A DNA stretch of 62,063 nucleotides, the filler included. It is 7 parts of 7 records of this genome, joined end to end, with 100 filler letters (N's around TTAATTAATTAA, not from the genome) between each part and the next. Parts side by side here need not be neighbours in the genome. Positions count along the whole stretch, not along the records: positions 27,449 to 38,266 come from DRR723986_17293; positions 38,367 to 45,487 come from DRR723986_17352; 5 more parts are not named here. The stretch is one strand, 5' to 3'. A program made the translations under genes and the position numbers. The notes beneath the pieces are model-generated. The model saw only the letters and a program-made list of their open reading frames with translations, had not been told where the DNA came from and made no database searches. Below, in pieces: positions 32,952 through 43,907 of this stretch. Position 1 is the stretch's first letter. Every line of letters starts with the position of its first letter.

Positions 32952-33827
32952 ATGATCGAAAAACGCCCTGTTGACGCCTCTGGCGCCGCCGCCCTCATCT
33001 CTATCGCAACCTTGCTGGCCTTTAACCAAGTGGTGATCAAAGTCACCGGAGACGGTTTTGCCCCTGTTTTTCAGGCAGGGTTACGGTCTTTAGGCGCTAT
33101 CGTCTTTGTGTTGATCTGGATCCGGTTTTCCGGTGGCAAGATCCACATCCCCCGTTCCGCGATTTGGGCTGGCCTTTTGACGGGCCTATTCTTTTCTCTC
33201 GAATTCATCTGCCTGTATCTGGCGTTGGACATGACAACTGTGTCTCGCACATCCATTCTGTTTTACTCCATGCCCGTCTGGTTAGCATTAGGTGCACATG
33301 TGCTGCTGCCGGGGGAAAAGCTGAATGGGATCCGTATTGTTGGTCTGGCGCTGGCCATGGGAGGAGTTATCCTTGCTTTGCTGGATCGCAAAGGCGGCCA
33401 TGTCAGTTTCACCGGGGATCTTCTGGCCGTTCTAGGGGCCGTGTTGTGGGCTGGGATCGCCCTCGTTGTCCGTATGAGCGACCTGTCCAAGACCTCAGCA
33501 GAAACCCAGCTCATGTCACAGCTGGTTGTATCCGCGCCCGTCTTGCTTTTGGTCGCGCCCCTGTTTGGCCCCTTGATCAGAGACCCGCAGCCAATCCATT
33601 ACGCCGGGCTCGCATTTCAATCCATTGCTGTGGTCAGCTTTGGCTTCATCGCGTGGTTTCGTTTGCTCGCCGTATACAAGGCAAGCGGTGTTGCATCGTT
33701 TAGCTTCTTGTCCCCTGTATTGGCCGTTCTCTTTGGCTGGGCCCTATTGGGGGAACATATCGGCAGCCAGGTTTGGATCGCACTGGGACTGGTGGCTGCC
33801 GGAATTGTCTTGATCAATCGCAAATAA
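32952..33827 (+). CDS. DMT/EamA family transporter
   Basis: About 10 TM helices, two EamA repeats (LPGEKL, LLGEHI). Confidence 0.9.
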   Translation: MIEKRPVDASGAAALISIATLLAFNQVVIKVTGDGFAPVFQAGLRSLGAIVFVLIWIRFSGGKIHIPRSAIWAGLLTGLFFSLEFICLYLALDMTTVSRTSILFYSMPVWLALGAHVLLPGEKLNGIRIVGLALAMGGVILALLDRKGGHVSFTGDLLAVLGAVLWAGIALVVRMSDLSKTSAETQLMSQLVVSAPVLLLVAPLFGPLIRDPQPIHYAGLAFQSIAVVSFGFIAWFRLLAVYKASGVASFSFLSPVLAVLFGWALLGEHIGSQVWIALGLVAAGIVLINRK

Positions 33828-33830
33828 GCG

Positions 33831-35249
33831 TCAGGTTCCACAGAAGGTCGCCTGAACGACTTCTTGCTGTGTTGGCGGTGTTTGCAGGTCTGCGTATTCC
33901 GCGTTTTCTACAAACGGTTGGCTCAGAGCCGCATTCAATCGGTTGAATGGCGCATAATCCCCAGCAACAGCGGCCTCGATCATCTGCTCGACACGATGAT
34001 TGCGTGGAATAAGCACCGGATTTGCCAAACGCAGCGTTTCATCCACGTTCATCTCTCGCTCAGCTCGGGCGCGCCAGTTCCCCTCCCATGTATCGAACAC
34101 CGCGGGAGAGACAAATTGATCTCGTGCGTTTGGCGTGCCCAGCGCGTGGAACGTGTTGGTGAAATCAGCTTGGTTTTCAGCCATCCCCTGCAACAACTGT
34201 GCTATCAGCTCTGCATCGCTGTCTTCAGCATTTATCAAACCCAGCTTTGCCCGGAACCGTGTCAGCCAATGGTTCTGCAAGATGTCAGGCATGGCATGCA
34301 CAATTTCTGTTGCCTCTTCGACTGCCGCCTCTGGATCGTCCATTTGACGGATCAAGGCCGTCGCAAGCTGGGCAAGATTCCAAACCGAAATGTCTGGCTG
34401 GTTCGAATAGGCATATCGCCCCATTCGATCAATTGAGCTGAACACTGTGTTTGGGTGATACGCATCCATGAAGGCACAGGGCCCATAATCAATGGTCTCC
34501 CCCGAGATCGAACTGTTGTCCGTATTCATGACCCCATGAATAAAACCAACAGACATCCAATGCGCGATCAACTTGGCCTGCGCATCCCGAACCGCGCGCA
34601 GCAACCCCATGGGGCCTACGGCTTCTGGGTAATGGCGCTCTATCGCGTAATTGGTCAATTGCGTCAGGCTGCGAGTATCCCCCCGCGCGGCAAAGATCTG
34701 GAATGTTCCCACGCGCAAATGGCTTTTAGCCACACGGGTCAGAACCGCTCCGGGATATCCTTGCTCTCGCTGCACGGTTTCACCTGTCTCAACTGCGGCC
34801 AGCGCGCGGGTGGTCGGAACGCTAAGCGCATGCATAGCCTCAGAGACAACGTATTCACGTAATACCGGCCCGAGCCAAGCACGCCCATCCCCCTGCCTTG
34901 AATACGGGGTACGCCCCGATCCCTTAAGCTGAATATCTCGGCGTATCCCATCGGTTCCAACCAGCTCCCCCAACAAGACGGCCCGACCATCCCCCAGCTG
35001 TGGGTTATAGTTGCCGAACTGATGCCCTGAATAGAGTTGCGCCAGGGGGGTTGCGCCCTCGGGGATGGTATTCCCGGCAAAGACGCTGGTCCTCTCTTCG
35101 ACCTCTCCCGGTGTGATCCCCATCACCGCGGCAAGATCAGCGTTCCATGCGATCAAGTGCGGGGTCTTCACCGCAACCGGGTTCTGACGAGAGAAAAACA
35201 CACCCGGCATCCGGGCAAAGCTATTATCGAAGGGTATAATCAGTGACAT
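33831..35249 (-). CDS. selO: Protein adenylyltransferase SelO (YdiU family)
   Basis: YSGHQFG...[36 protein letters not shown]-terminal TFCGT. Confidence 0.93.
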   Translation of the reverse strand: MSLIIPFDNSFARMPGVFFSRQNPVAVKTPHLIAWNADLAAVMGITPGEVEERTSVFAGNTIPEGATPLAQLYSGHQFGNYNPQLGDGRAVLLGELVGTDGIRRDIQLKGSGRTPYSRQGDGRAWLGPVLREYVVSEAMHALSVPTTRALAAVETGETVQREQGYPGAVLTRVAKSHLRVGTFQIFAARGDTRSLTQLTNYAIERHYPEAVGPMGLLRAVRDAQAKLIAHWMSVGFIHGVMNTDNSSISGETIDYGPCAFMDAYHPNTVFSSIDRMGRYAYSNQPDISVWNLAQLATALIRQMDDPEAAVEEATEIVHAMPDILQNHWLTRFRAKLGLINAEDSDAELIAQLLQGMAENQADFTNTFHALGTPNARDQFVSPAVFDTWEGNWRARAEREMNVDETLRLANPVLIPRNHRVEQMIEAAVAGDYAPFNRLNAALSQPFVENAEYADLQTPPTQQEVVQATFCGT

Positions 35250-35336
35250 GCGCAGAACATATGCGCCAAATGCAGGATTGCCATAGCGGATCAACCTCTC
35301 ATCGCGATAAACTGACCCAAATGACAAGAGGTCCCC

Positions 35337-35756
35337 ATGACACCCGATCAGATCATCGCCCACCTGAACCTTGAACAACATCCCGAAGGCGGCTGGTATC
35401 GCCAGACGTGGGTGGCGGAAAATCAAGGGCGGCCAACAGGCACCTGTATCTATTTCCTGCTCAGAGACGGCGAATCAAGCCATTGGCATAAAGTGGATGC
35501 GACCGAGATCTGGCTGTATCATGCAGGGGCTCCTCTGACCCTGTCGCTCAGCGCCACGGACACAGGCCCAGCCACCGATCACCTGCTCACGCCTGATCTG
35601 ACGCAGGGCTTTCCCCAGCTCATCGTACCAGAAGGGCATTGGCAGGCCGCGCGCACCACTGGGGCCTATACACTGGTCAGCTGTACCGTATCCCCCGGGT
35701 TTCAATTCGATGGGTTTGAGCTGGCGGCACCCGGCTTCGACATCCCGCGCGCCTGA
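35337..35756 (+). CDS. Cupin (DUF985/Cupin_5) protein
   Basis: [31 protein letters not shown]. Confidence 0.9.
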   Translation: MTPDQIIAHLNLEQHPEGGWYRQTWVAENQGRPTGTCIYFLLRDGESSHWHKVDATEIWLYHAGAPLTLSLSATDTGPATDHLLTPDLTQGFPQLIVPEGHWQAARTTGAYTLVSCTVSPGFQFDGFELAAPGFDIPRA

Positions 35757-35866
35757 ACAGGCCACACCACATGCCACAGGCGCCAATCTAAAATTGAGCG
35801 CCTGCGCAGCAGGCTCCGCTTGGTTGGGCTATTGCCAGACCATTAGCCACAGGCCATGCTCTGCCC

Positions 35867-36757
35867 ATGGATCACCGTACACTTATCTCTTCGCTACCCT
35901 CTGACACCAAAGCGCGTCTCACACAGCGCTCCGACAGGGCTGGGCTCAGACATCTTGCGCTGCATTTTGGCCTGATTGCGCTATGCACCGCAGCCATAGT
36001 AGCACAGATCCCGTTTTGGCCGTTACTGATGCTGCCTCAGGGGGTTCTTTTGGTGTTCCTGTTTACGCTCAGCCACGAATGCACCCATCAAACCCCCTTT
36101 GAAACACGCTGGATCAACGAGGCTGTTGGGCATCTGGTTGGCGCGTTGATCGCCCTGCCGTTTATCTGGTTCCGATATTTTCATCTCGCGCACCACAAAT
36201 ACACCAACGACCCGGACCGCGATCCCGAGTTGGCAGGCAAGCCACGCCCTGACAGTTACATCAGTTGGCTGATCTACCTTAGCGGTTGGGGATACTGGCG
36301 CGCGATGGTCATCACCCTGCTCGCGAATGCCCGTGGTGATATCGATGCGCCCTATCTGCCCGCACGGCAACACAAGACCATGCAGCGCGAAGCACGGGTC
36401 ATACTGTGCCTCTACACCGCTATGGCACTAAGCTTGTTCTTCTCTCCCATGGTGATCTGGCTCTGGCTTATTCCCTTGCTGATCGGGCAGCCCTTTTTGC
36501 GGCTCTACCTGCTCGCCGAGCACGGGCTATGCCCCCCTGTCGCCAACATGCTGGAAAATTCGCGCACTACCTTTACCAACAAGGTCGTGCGCGCGATTGC
36601 TTGGAATATGCCATACCACGCAGAGCACCACAGCTTTCCCAACGTGCCTTTTCACCAGCTGCCCGCCTTTCACGACTGGACAGCGCAACATCTGAAGTCA
36701 ACGTCAGATGGGTATGGGGCCTTTACCGCTGAGTATGTTCAGTCTCTGGGACGCTAA
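35867..36757 (+). CDS. Membrane fatty-acid desaturase family protein
   Basis: Three His boxes (HECTH, HLAHH, HAEHH) with TM helices. Confidence 0.88.
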   Translation: MDHRTLISSLPSDTKARLTQRSDRAGLRHLALHFGLIALCTAAIVAQIPFWPLLMLPQGVLLVFLFTLSHECTHQTPFETRWINEAVGHLVGALIALPFIWFRYFHLAHHKYTNDPDRDPELAGKPRPDSYISWLIYLSGWGYWRAMVITLLANARGDIDAPYLPARQHKTMQREARVILCLYTAMALSLFFSPMVIWLWLIPLLIGQPFLRLYLLAEHGLCPPVANMLENSRTTFTNKVVRAIAWNMPYHAEHHSFPNVPFHQLPAFHDWTAQHLKSTSDGYGAFTAEYVQSLGR

Positions 36758-37847
36758 GGATCCCTCCGCCCACCAGAACCTTGACCCCTGTGGTTCCAGG
36801 GCATGACGTCGCCATTCCCCGGGCCACACGTACAGCCAAATAGCCAAAGGCCTGCGCTTCGAGCATATCGCCATCGAGGCCAACAACCTCTACCGGGTCA
36901 ACGGGGCAATCCAGCGAGACGCGCAACATCTCCATCAAGACGGGGTTGTGTCGCCCGCCCCCCGTCACAAGCACCCGCGCAGGCGGGGTTGGGCAATGCT
37001 CGATGCCCTGAACCACACCAGCAGCGCACATGCCCGTCAATGTCGCCACCGCATCCGCGTCGCTGAGCTCTTGCACCAGCTCAATCATTTCCGAGAAATC
37101 GTCACGGTCCAGCGACTTGGGCGGCATCCGTGAAAAGTAGGGTTCCGCCAGAAACAGCTCCAACGCGCCGGTTTCGACCGTGCCTTGGGCAGCTACCGCG
37201 CCGCCTCTGTCCATCTCAAGCCCCAACCGGGCCTGCATCAGATCATTGATCGGTGCATTGGCTGGTCCTGTATCAAAGGCCAACAAGGCGCCCGCGTCTT
37301 CTGCACGCTCAAACGACGGGTCAACATAGGTCAGATTCCCCACGCCCCCTAGGTTGAGAAAACACAGCGGTTCAGTCGCACCTATCCATTTGGCGCAGGC
37401 GAAATGAAAGAAAGGTGCAAGCGGTGCGCCTTCGCCGCCCATAGCGACGTCATCACTCCGAAAATCCCAAACGACCGGAATGCCCAGAGCGCCCGCCAGA
37501 AAACCGCCATCCCCAACTTGCAGCGTTCTGCGCCCCTGCGGGTCATGTGCAAGCGTCTGCCCGTGAAATCCGATCAACGCCACATCGGACGGTTCGGCCA
37601 AGGCCTCTGCATGGGCTGTATTCACAACGGCCGTGGCTGCTTCGACCTCAAGCCCGTGCCATTTCCCCAAGCCTTGCCGCAGAACAGACCGCTCTTGATC
37701 CGCATATTCACGGTAGCCCACCTCGCCGAACCCAAAGATCGCGACCCCATCCGTTTCGATCACAGCTGTATCTACACCATCCAGAGACGTGCCAGACATT
37801 GCGCCCAACGCCCGGACCGGACCTGTTTTATTGATGGCCTTGCTCAT
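36723..37847 (-). CDS. anmK: Anhydro-N-acetylmuramic acid kinase
   Basis: [20 protein letters not shown]...GGEGAPL, FDTGP, EAQAF; divergent from tyrS. Confidence 0.94.
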   Translation of the reverse strand: MSKAINKTGPVRALGAMSGTSLDGVDTAVIETDGVAIFGFGEVGYREYADQERSVLRQGLGKWHGLEVEAATAVVNTAHAEALAEPSDVALIGFHGQTLAHDPQGRRTLQVGDGGFLAGALGIPVVWDFRSDDVAMGGEGAPLAPFFHFACAKWIGATEPLCFLNLGGVGNLTYVDPSFERAEDAGALLAFDTGPANAPINDLMQARLGLEMDRGGAVAAQGTVETGALELFLAEPYFSRMPPKSLDRDDFSEMIELVQELSDADAVATLTGMCAAGVVQGIEHCPTPPARVLVTGGGRHNPVLMEMLRVSLDCPVDPVEVVGLDGDMLEAQAFGYLAVRVARGMATSCPGTTGVKVLVGGGILSVPETEHTQR

Positions 37848-38065
37848 GGCCTGTTCCTTTTTGCCTGTCTGACCGGGCGCTTGTTCCCCGATCTGATCGC
37901 GTTTGACACGATATTTACTGTTCGAACCACCTTAACGCAGAGAGTCGCACTTTTTGCCCTGAATTCGGTTCCCACTCTCCCGATTGCACATTATACGGTG
38001 CCACGCATCTTTTTCTGTGTAATTCACCCCCAAAGGTGCACCGCAACACAAAGCCGAGGCAAGAC

Positions 38066-38266
38066 ATGACCTACCATCCCAAATCGGATTTCATCGCAGT
38101 TATGATGGAACGCGGCTTTTTGGCCGATTGCACCGATTATCAGGGCCTTGATGAGGCGCTGATCAAAGGGGTCCAGCCCGGGTATATCGGCTTTGATGCA
38201 ACGGCCAAGTCGTTGCACGTCGGCAGCCTGATCCAAATCATGATGCTGCGCTGGCTGCAAAAGACC
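38066..38266 (+). CDS. tyrS: Tyrosine--tRNA ligase, N-terminal fragment
   Basis: [16 protein letters not shown] (HIGH-type motif). Confidence 0.92.
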
Positions 38267-38366
38267 NNNNNNNNNNNNNNNNNNNNNNNNNNNNNNNNNN
38301 NNNNNNNNNNTTAATTAATTAANNNNNNNNNNNNNNNNNNNNNNNNNNNNNNNNNNNNNNNNNNNN
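38267..38366. other. Artificial contig spacer
   Basis: N-run + TTAATTAATTAA + N-run. Confidence 0.98.
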
Positions 38367-39218
38367 CAGGCGCAGTTCCATATAATAGCGTTTGGGGCTG
38401 CGGTTCAAATAGCGGCGAAACAGCCGTTCCAGCTGGCGCGTCGACATGCCCACCTCTTTGGCCAGGGCCGAGGGGCTGATCGGCTCTTCGATGTTTTGCT
38501 CCATTTTCTGGATCACCATGCTCAGCTTGGGGTGGCGCACGCCGATACGGGTGGGCACGCTGAGGCGCTGGGTGTCCTGATCGGTGCGGATCGAGGAATA
38601 AATCTGCTGATCGGCCACCAAATTGGCAATTTCCTCGCCGTAATCATCGGCGATCAGTTTCAGCATCAGGTCGATCGACGATGTGCCGCCCGCCGTGGTC
38701 AGGCGGTTGCCATCGATCACAAACACCGATTTGGTCAGCGTTACCTCTTCGAATTCCTCGGCAAAACTGTCTTGGTTTTCCCAATGGATCGTGGCGCGTT
38801 TGCCATCTAGCAGCCCGGCCTTGGCCAGCGAATAGGATGCCGTGCACAGCCCCCCCAACACCAGCCCGCGGCGCGCCTCGCGGCGCAACCAGCTGATAAT
38901 GCGCTTGGTGGTGGCTTTTTGCACATCGATCCCGCCGCAGACCAAAACCTTGTCTTCGCGGTTCAGCTCGATCAGGTCAGCATCTAGCTTGAATTCAGTG
39001 CCCGCGCTGCACGAGGCCATATTGCCGCCATCGCCAATTAACATCCAGCTATAGGCAGGCCCGCCAATCATACGGTTGGCAATGCGCAAACATTCCAATG
39101 CAGAGGCAAAGCTGAGCAGGGTGAAATTATCCAGCAAAACAAAAACAAAGCGGCGCGTCTTTAGCACGGGCTTTACGGGAATCGCATTTTGCTTTGGGAT
39201 GGGGGGTTTTGCGGGCAT
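38367..39218 (-). CDS. GlxA-family (DJ-1/PfpI + AraC HTH) regulator (3' truncated)
   Basis: GLCT...LAKAGLLDGKRATIHWE, then MSTRQLERLFRRY..SPKRYY. Confidence 0.92.
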
Positions 39219-39397
39219 CGGGGGACTCGGTGAAAAGGCTGCCCGCCACTTGACCAGTTTTGGCGCGGTTCTTCAAGGGGTTGCAGGCCCAAAATAGCAC
39301 GAATTCGACCATTAAGTGCCGTAATTCGGTTATGGCCACTGCCGCAACGGTTCTGTATAGAGGGCGCGTTCCAAAGACCCTTACCCGGAGACCGACA

Positions 39398-40768
39398 ATG
39401 AGCGAATGGCAGAAATCGGATTGGCGCGCAAAGCCACGTGTACAAATGCCCGATTATACAGACGCCGCAGAATTGGCCGCGGTCGAGGGGCAATTGTCGA
39501 AATATCCGCCGCTGGTTTTTGCCGGCGAGGCGCGCAAATTGAAACGCGCCCTGGGCGCTGCATCTCGCGGCGAGGCGTTTTTGCTGCAGGGCGGGGATTG
39601 CGCCGAAAGTTTCGATCAATTCAGCGCCAACGCCATTCGTGATACGTTCAAAGTGATGTTGCAAATGGCCATGGTGCTGACCTATGGCGCCAAGGTGCCG
39701 GTGGTTAAGGTGGGGCGCATGGCGGGCCAATTTGCCAAGCCGCGCAGCGCCCCCACCGAGGTTGTCGATGGGGTCGAGCTGCCCAGCTATCGTGGCGATA
39801 TCATCAACGAGCTGGCCTTTACCCCCCAGGCCCGCATTCCAGACCCCAAGAAAATGTTGCAGGCCTACACCCAGGCCGCCGCCACGCTGAACCTTTTGCG
39901 TGCGTTTTCAACGGGTGGCTATGCCGATGTGCACCAGGTGCACAGCTGGACCTTGGGCTTTGCCGAGGGCGAAAAAGCCGAACGCTATCGCGATATGGCC
40001 AACCGCATCAGCGATACGCTGGATTTCATGACCGCCGCTGGCATTACATCTGACGCCACCCATGCGCTGCAAACGGTTGATTTCTACACCAGCCACGAAG
40101 CGCTGTTGCTGGAATATGAAGAGGCGCTGACGCGCCTGGATTCGACCAGCGGCAAATGGCTGGCAGGCTCGGGCCATATGGTGTGGATCGGCGATCGCAC
40201 CCGCCAACCCGATGGGGCGCATGTGGAATTTGCCCGTGGCGTGCTGAACCCGATTGGCCTGAAATGCGGGCCCTCGACCACGGCCGAAGATCTTAAGGTG
40301 TTGATGGCCAAGCTGAACCCGCAAAACGAGGCGGGCCGGCTGACGCTGATTGCGCGCTTTGGCGCAGGCAAAGTGGCCGAACATCTGCCGCGCCTGATCA
40401 AGGCGGTGCAAGAGGAAGGCGCCAATGTGGTTTGGGTCTGCGACCCGATGCATGGCAATACGATCAAATCCTCGACCGGGTTCAAAACCCGCCCATTCGA
40501 GGCGGTGCTAAGCGAGGTGCGCGAATTCTTTGCCGTGCACAAGGCCCATGGCACGGTTCCGGGCGGGGTGCATTTCGAGATGACGGGCGCCGATGTGACC
40601 GAATGCACCGGCGGGGTGCGGGCTGTAACCGACGAAGACCTGTCTTCGCGCTATCACACCGCATGCGACCCGCGCCTGAATGCCAGCCAATCCCTGGAAC
40701 TGGCCTTTTTGGTGGCAGAAGAGCTTTCCGCGTTGCGCGCCGAACGCGCGCAGGCCGCTGCGGGTTAG
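39398..40768 (+). CDS. Class II DAHP synthase
   Basis: [42 protein letters not shown]. Confidence 0.96.
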   Translation: MSEWQKSDWRAKPRVQMPDYTDAAELAAVEGQLSKYPPLVFAGEARKLKRALGAASRGEAFLLQGGDCAESFDQFSANAIRDTFKVMLQMAMVLTYGAKVPVVKVGRMAGQFAKPRSAPTEVVDGVELPSYRGDIINELAFTPQARIPDPKKMLQAYTQAAATLNLLRAFSTGGYADVHQVHSWTLGFAEGEKAERYRDMANRISDTLDFMTAAGITSDATHALQTVDFYTSHEALLLEYEEALTRLDSTSGKWLAGSGHMVWIGDRTRQPDGAHVEFARGVLNPIGLKCGPSTTAEDLKVLMAKLNPQNEAGRLTLIARFGAGKVAEHLPRLIKAVQEEGANVVWVCDPMHGNTIKSSTGFKTRPFEAVLSEVREFFAVHKAHGTVPGGVHFEMTGADVTECTGGVRAVTDEDLSSRYHTACDPRLNASQSLELAFLVAEELSALRAERAQAAAG

Positions 40769-40791
40769 GGCGCAGGTTAGGCCGCCGCGGG

Positions 40792-41484
40792 TTACACCGC
40801 AGGGCCGCCGCCCCCTTTCACCACCACCAGATGCGCCGCGCCTTTGCGCGGCGCGTCTTTTTTCTGCGCAGGGTCTGGAGGGGCGGTTGGGGGCACGGGG
40901 CACGCCAGGGGCTGCAGGCTGTGGTGGGCAATGCTCAGGCGCTGTGGCGCGCGGCTTTGGGCGGGCGCGCGCGCCAGCACCAAACAGCCCAAGGCCCGGG
41001 TGACAGCGCCCGTATCATCGCGCAGCGGCCACAGCTGTAGAATGCCGTTGTTGGCTTGGCCGAAAAACGCTGCGGGCTTTGATACCAGCAGCCGCGCCCC
41101 CGCTGGGGTGGCAAACACCTGGCCCAGAAGCGCCTGCAAATTGGCGCGTGCGGCAGGCAGAAAAAAGGCCGACAAGGGCATGCCACGCGGATCCGAGCCT
41201 AGCAACTTGTCAAAAACCTGCCCCGCCACCCGCAAACGGGCGTGCCCGGGGGCCATTTCCTCGACCAGCAGGGCGTTTTCCAAGCCATTTTGCAAGGCCC
41301 GCGGATCTATGTGTTGGCGAAAGGGGGGCGCGCCATATTGGGCCGCCAAAGCCTGCCAATAGGCATCAAACTGTGCCAATAGCGGTGCGGCATGGCGCAA
41401 ATTGGGCGGCAAAACCAGCCCCGCCGCCCCTGTATGTTGCGGGCTTGCGCCAAACCTGCCCAAGCCATTCCCGATTTTTGCCAC
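40792..41484 (-). CDS. PAS-domain (PAS_5-like) protein; start uncertain
   Basis: AYW..L.....P.R..IDPR, ARLRVAG, RGMPLS.FF, LWPLRDD.G...RALG motifs typical of the Rhodobacterales stand-alone PAS protein. Confidence 0.75.
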   Translation of the reverse strand: MAKIGNGLGRFGASPQHTGAAGLVLPPNLRHAAPLLAQFDAYWQALAAQYGAPPFRQHIDPRALQNGLENALLVEEMAPGHARLRVAGQVFDKLLGSDPRGMPLSAFFLPAARANLQALLGQVFATPAGARLLVSKPAAFFGQANNGILQLWPLRDDTGAVTRALGCLVLARAPAQSRAPQRLSIAHHSLQPLACPVPPTAPPDPAQKKDAPRKGAAHLVVVKGGGGPAV

Positions 41485-41715
41485 CTGATTATTCCCAAAA
41501 CCACTTGGATTACTGCCGATTAATAATATGCCAACCAAAGTTAGCGTGCGGTTAACGGTTAACCGCAGGCCCCTGCCGGCAATGGCGGGATCTAGCAGGT
41601 GCCATGCCAGCTGCCATTTTTTTGGGGCAGTTTGGTTAATTTGGTGAATCGTGGCGATATCTTGCCCCTCTGGGCAGAAGGCAGTAGGGCTGGGGCCAAC
41701 AGCCGAGGAGGGGCC

Positions 41716-42606
41716 ATGACACAATCTATGACGGCATTTGCCAGCGCCAGCGGCACCGCCCTCGGCTTTAGCTGGACATGGGAGATACGCTGCGTGAACG
41801 GCAAGGGGCTGGATCTGCGCTTGCGCGTGCCGGAATGGATGCCCGCGCTGGAACAAGCCTTGCGCGCGCGGCTGTCGCAGGTGGTGACGCGGGGCAACCT
41901 GTCGTTGTCGTTGCGTCTGTCGCGCAGTGAAACCGAGGCGCCATTGGGCGTGAACGAGGCAGCTTTGGCCGCGGTTCTGGCCGCTTTGGCCAAGGTCGAG
42001 GCGCGCGCCCATGCCCAGGGCCTGCCCCTGGCCGCCACCCGCGCCAGCGATATTTTGGCCCTGCGCGGTGTGCTAGAGCAAAAAAGCCCCGATCCCGACC
42101 CCGCACCGCTGCAGGCCCATCTGTTGGAAACATTCGAGCCGGTGTTGGGCGCCTTTTTACAGGCCCGCGCCAGCGAAGGCGCGGCCTTGGCGCAGGTGCT
42201 GCAGGGCCAGCTGGCGCAGATCGAGGCGCTTTTGGCCCAGATCGCGGCTGTTTTGCCCCTGCGCAATGCCGAAGCCGCCGATGCATTGGCCGCCGCTCTG
42301 GCCCGTGTTGCGGCCAATAGCGATGGCCACGACCCCCAGCGCGTGGCGCAGGAATTGGCGCTTTTGGCGGTGAAATCGGACGTGACCGAAGAATTAGACC
42401 GCCTGCACACCCATGTGGGGGCTGCGCGCGAATTGCTGGCCAGCGACGCGCCAATTGGGCGGCGGTTCGATTTCTTGATGCAGGAATTCAACCGCGAGGC
42501 CAACACCTTGTGCTCGAAATCGCAAAACAAAGACCTGACGCGCCTTGGGCTGGATCTGAAAACAGTGATCGACCAAATGCGCGAACAGGTGCAAAACGTG
42601 GAGTAG
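41716..42606 (+). CDS. yicC: YicC/YloC-family endoribonuclease
   Basis: SMTAFA, VNGKGLDLRLR, DVTEELDRL..H, GRRFDFLMQEFNREANTLCSK, REQVQNVE. Confidence 0.94.
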   Translation: MTQSMTAFASASGTALGFSWTWEIRCVNGKGLDLRLRVPEWMPALEQALRARLSQVVTRGNLSLSLRLSRSETEAPLGVNEAALAAVLAALAKVEARAHAQGLPLAATRASDILALRGVLEQKSPDPDPAPLQAHLLETFEPVLGAFLQARASEGAALAQVLQGQLAQIEALLAQIAAVLPLRNAEAADALAAALARVAANSDGHDPQRVAQELALLAVKSDVTEELDRLHTHVGAARELLASDAPIGRRFDFLMQEFNREANTLCSKSQNKDLTRLGLDLKTVIDQMREQVQNVE

Positions 42607-42609
42607 CCG

Positions 42610-43248
42610 ATGACCCGCCGTGGCCTGCTGATCATCTTATCGTCGCCCTCTGGGGCGGGCAAATCGACCCTGTCAAAGCGGCTTTTGGCCTGGGATCCGT
42701 CGCTGTCGTTTTCCGTGTCGGCGACAACCCGCGCCCCACGCCCGGGCGAAGTGGATGGGCAAGATTACCACTTTATGGATCAAGACGGCTTTCGCCAGGC
42801 CGTGGCCGAGGATGGTATGCTGGAACATGCCTATGTGTTTGGCAATTACTACGGCTCACCCAAGGCGCCGGTGGAAGCGGCCATCAAAGACGGGCGCGAC
42901 GTGCTGTTTGACATCGATTGGCAGGGCGCGCAGCAAATCGTGAACTCCAGCCTTGGGCCGCATGTTTTGTCGATCTTTATCCTGCCCCCCTCGATTGCCG
43001 AGCTGCGCCGCCGCCTCGAGGGGCGCGGCCAAGACAGTGCCGAAGTGATCGCCAAACGCATGCATAAAAGCTGGGACGAGTTGAGCCATTGGGGCAGCTA
43101 TGATTTCGTTCTTGTCAATGATGATCTGGACCGTACATTCGAGGACCTGAAAACCATCGTCACCGCCACCAGGCTGCGTCGTTTGCAGCAGCCCAAATTG
43201 GTGGAACACATGCGCGCTTTGCAAAACGAATTCGAAAGGCTGGGCTAA
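42610..43248 (+). CDS. gmk: Guanylate kinase
   Basis: [35 protein letters not shown]. Confidence 0.97.
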   Translation: MTRRGLLIILSSPSGAGKSTLSKRLLAWDPSLSFSVSATTRAPRPGEVDGQDYHFMDQDGFRQAVAEDGMLEHAYVFGNYYGSPKAPVEAAIKDGRDVLFDIDWQGAQQIVNSSLGPHVLSIFILPPSIAELRRRLEGRGQDSAEVIAKRMHKSWDELSHWGSYDFVLVNDDLDRTFEDLKTIVTATRLRRLQQPKLVEHMRALQNEFERLG

Positions 43249-43251
43249 TAC

Positions 43252-43779
43252 ATGGCAGTTTTTGCACTTGGGGGGCTGACGCCCCAAATCGACCCCGACA
43301 CCTGGGTGGCGCATGACGCCAATGTGATTGGCAATGTGGTGATGCAGGCAGGCGCCAGCGTATGGTTTGGCGCCACGCTGCGCGGCGATAACGAGGAAAT
43401 CTTGGTCGGGGCGGGCAGCAATGTGCAGGAAAATGCTGTGCTGCATACGGATTTGGGATTTCCGCTGCGCATTGGGGCGGGATGCACCATTGGCCATAAG
43501 GCCATGCTGCATGGCTGCACGATCGGCGAAAACAGCCTGATTGGCATGGGCGCCACGGTGCTGAACGGCGCCAAGATCGGTCGCAATTGCCTGATTGGGG
43601 CCAATGCGCTGATCACCGAGGGTAAAGAGATACCCGACAACAGCCTGGTGATGGGCAGCCCCGGCAAGGTGGTGCGCCAATTGGATGAGGCGGCGATTGC
43701 AGGCCTGCGCAACAGCGCGCTGCATTATGCAGAAAACATGCGCCGGTTTCGCACTGAACTGCGTGAAATCGCGGGCTGA
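43252..43779 (+). CDS. Gamma carbonic anhydrase family (hexapeptide repeat) protein
   Basis: LRGDNE, NVQEN..LH, TIGH..MLHGC Zn ligands, left-handed beta-helix repeats. Confidence 0.93.
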   Translation: MAVFALGGLTPQIDPDTWVAHDANVIGNVVMQAGASVWFGATLRGDNEEILVGAGSNVQENAVLHTDLGFPLRIGAGCTIGHKAMLHGCTIGENSLIGMGATVLNGAKIGRNCLIGANALITEGKEIPDNSLVMGSPGKVVRQLDEAAIAGLRNSALHYAENMRRFRTELREIAG

Positions 43780-43907
43780 GCGCCCGGCCGGCAGGGCCTG
43801 AACGCCTTCGGCGAGAGTATTTTTGGCAAGATGAAGGGCGGGGGCGGTTTTGTCTTTGGCCTGTTACCTGAGTGTGGCACGCCCACCAGACCCGATCGGA
43901 GAGAGTG

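Noticed and set aside
33831..33850. Possible selenocysteine recoding in SelO
   Set aside because: The protein ends in Cys-containing FCGT, and its TGA lies 3 nt from the convergent DMT gene stop; no in-frame Sec position or room for a SECIS.
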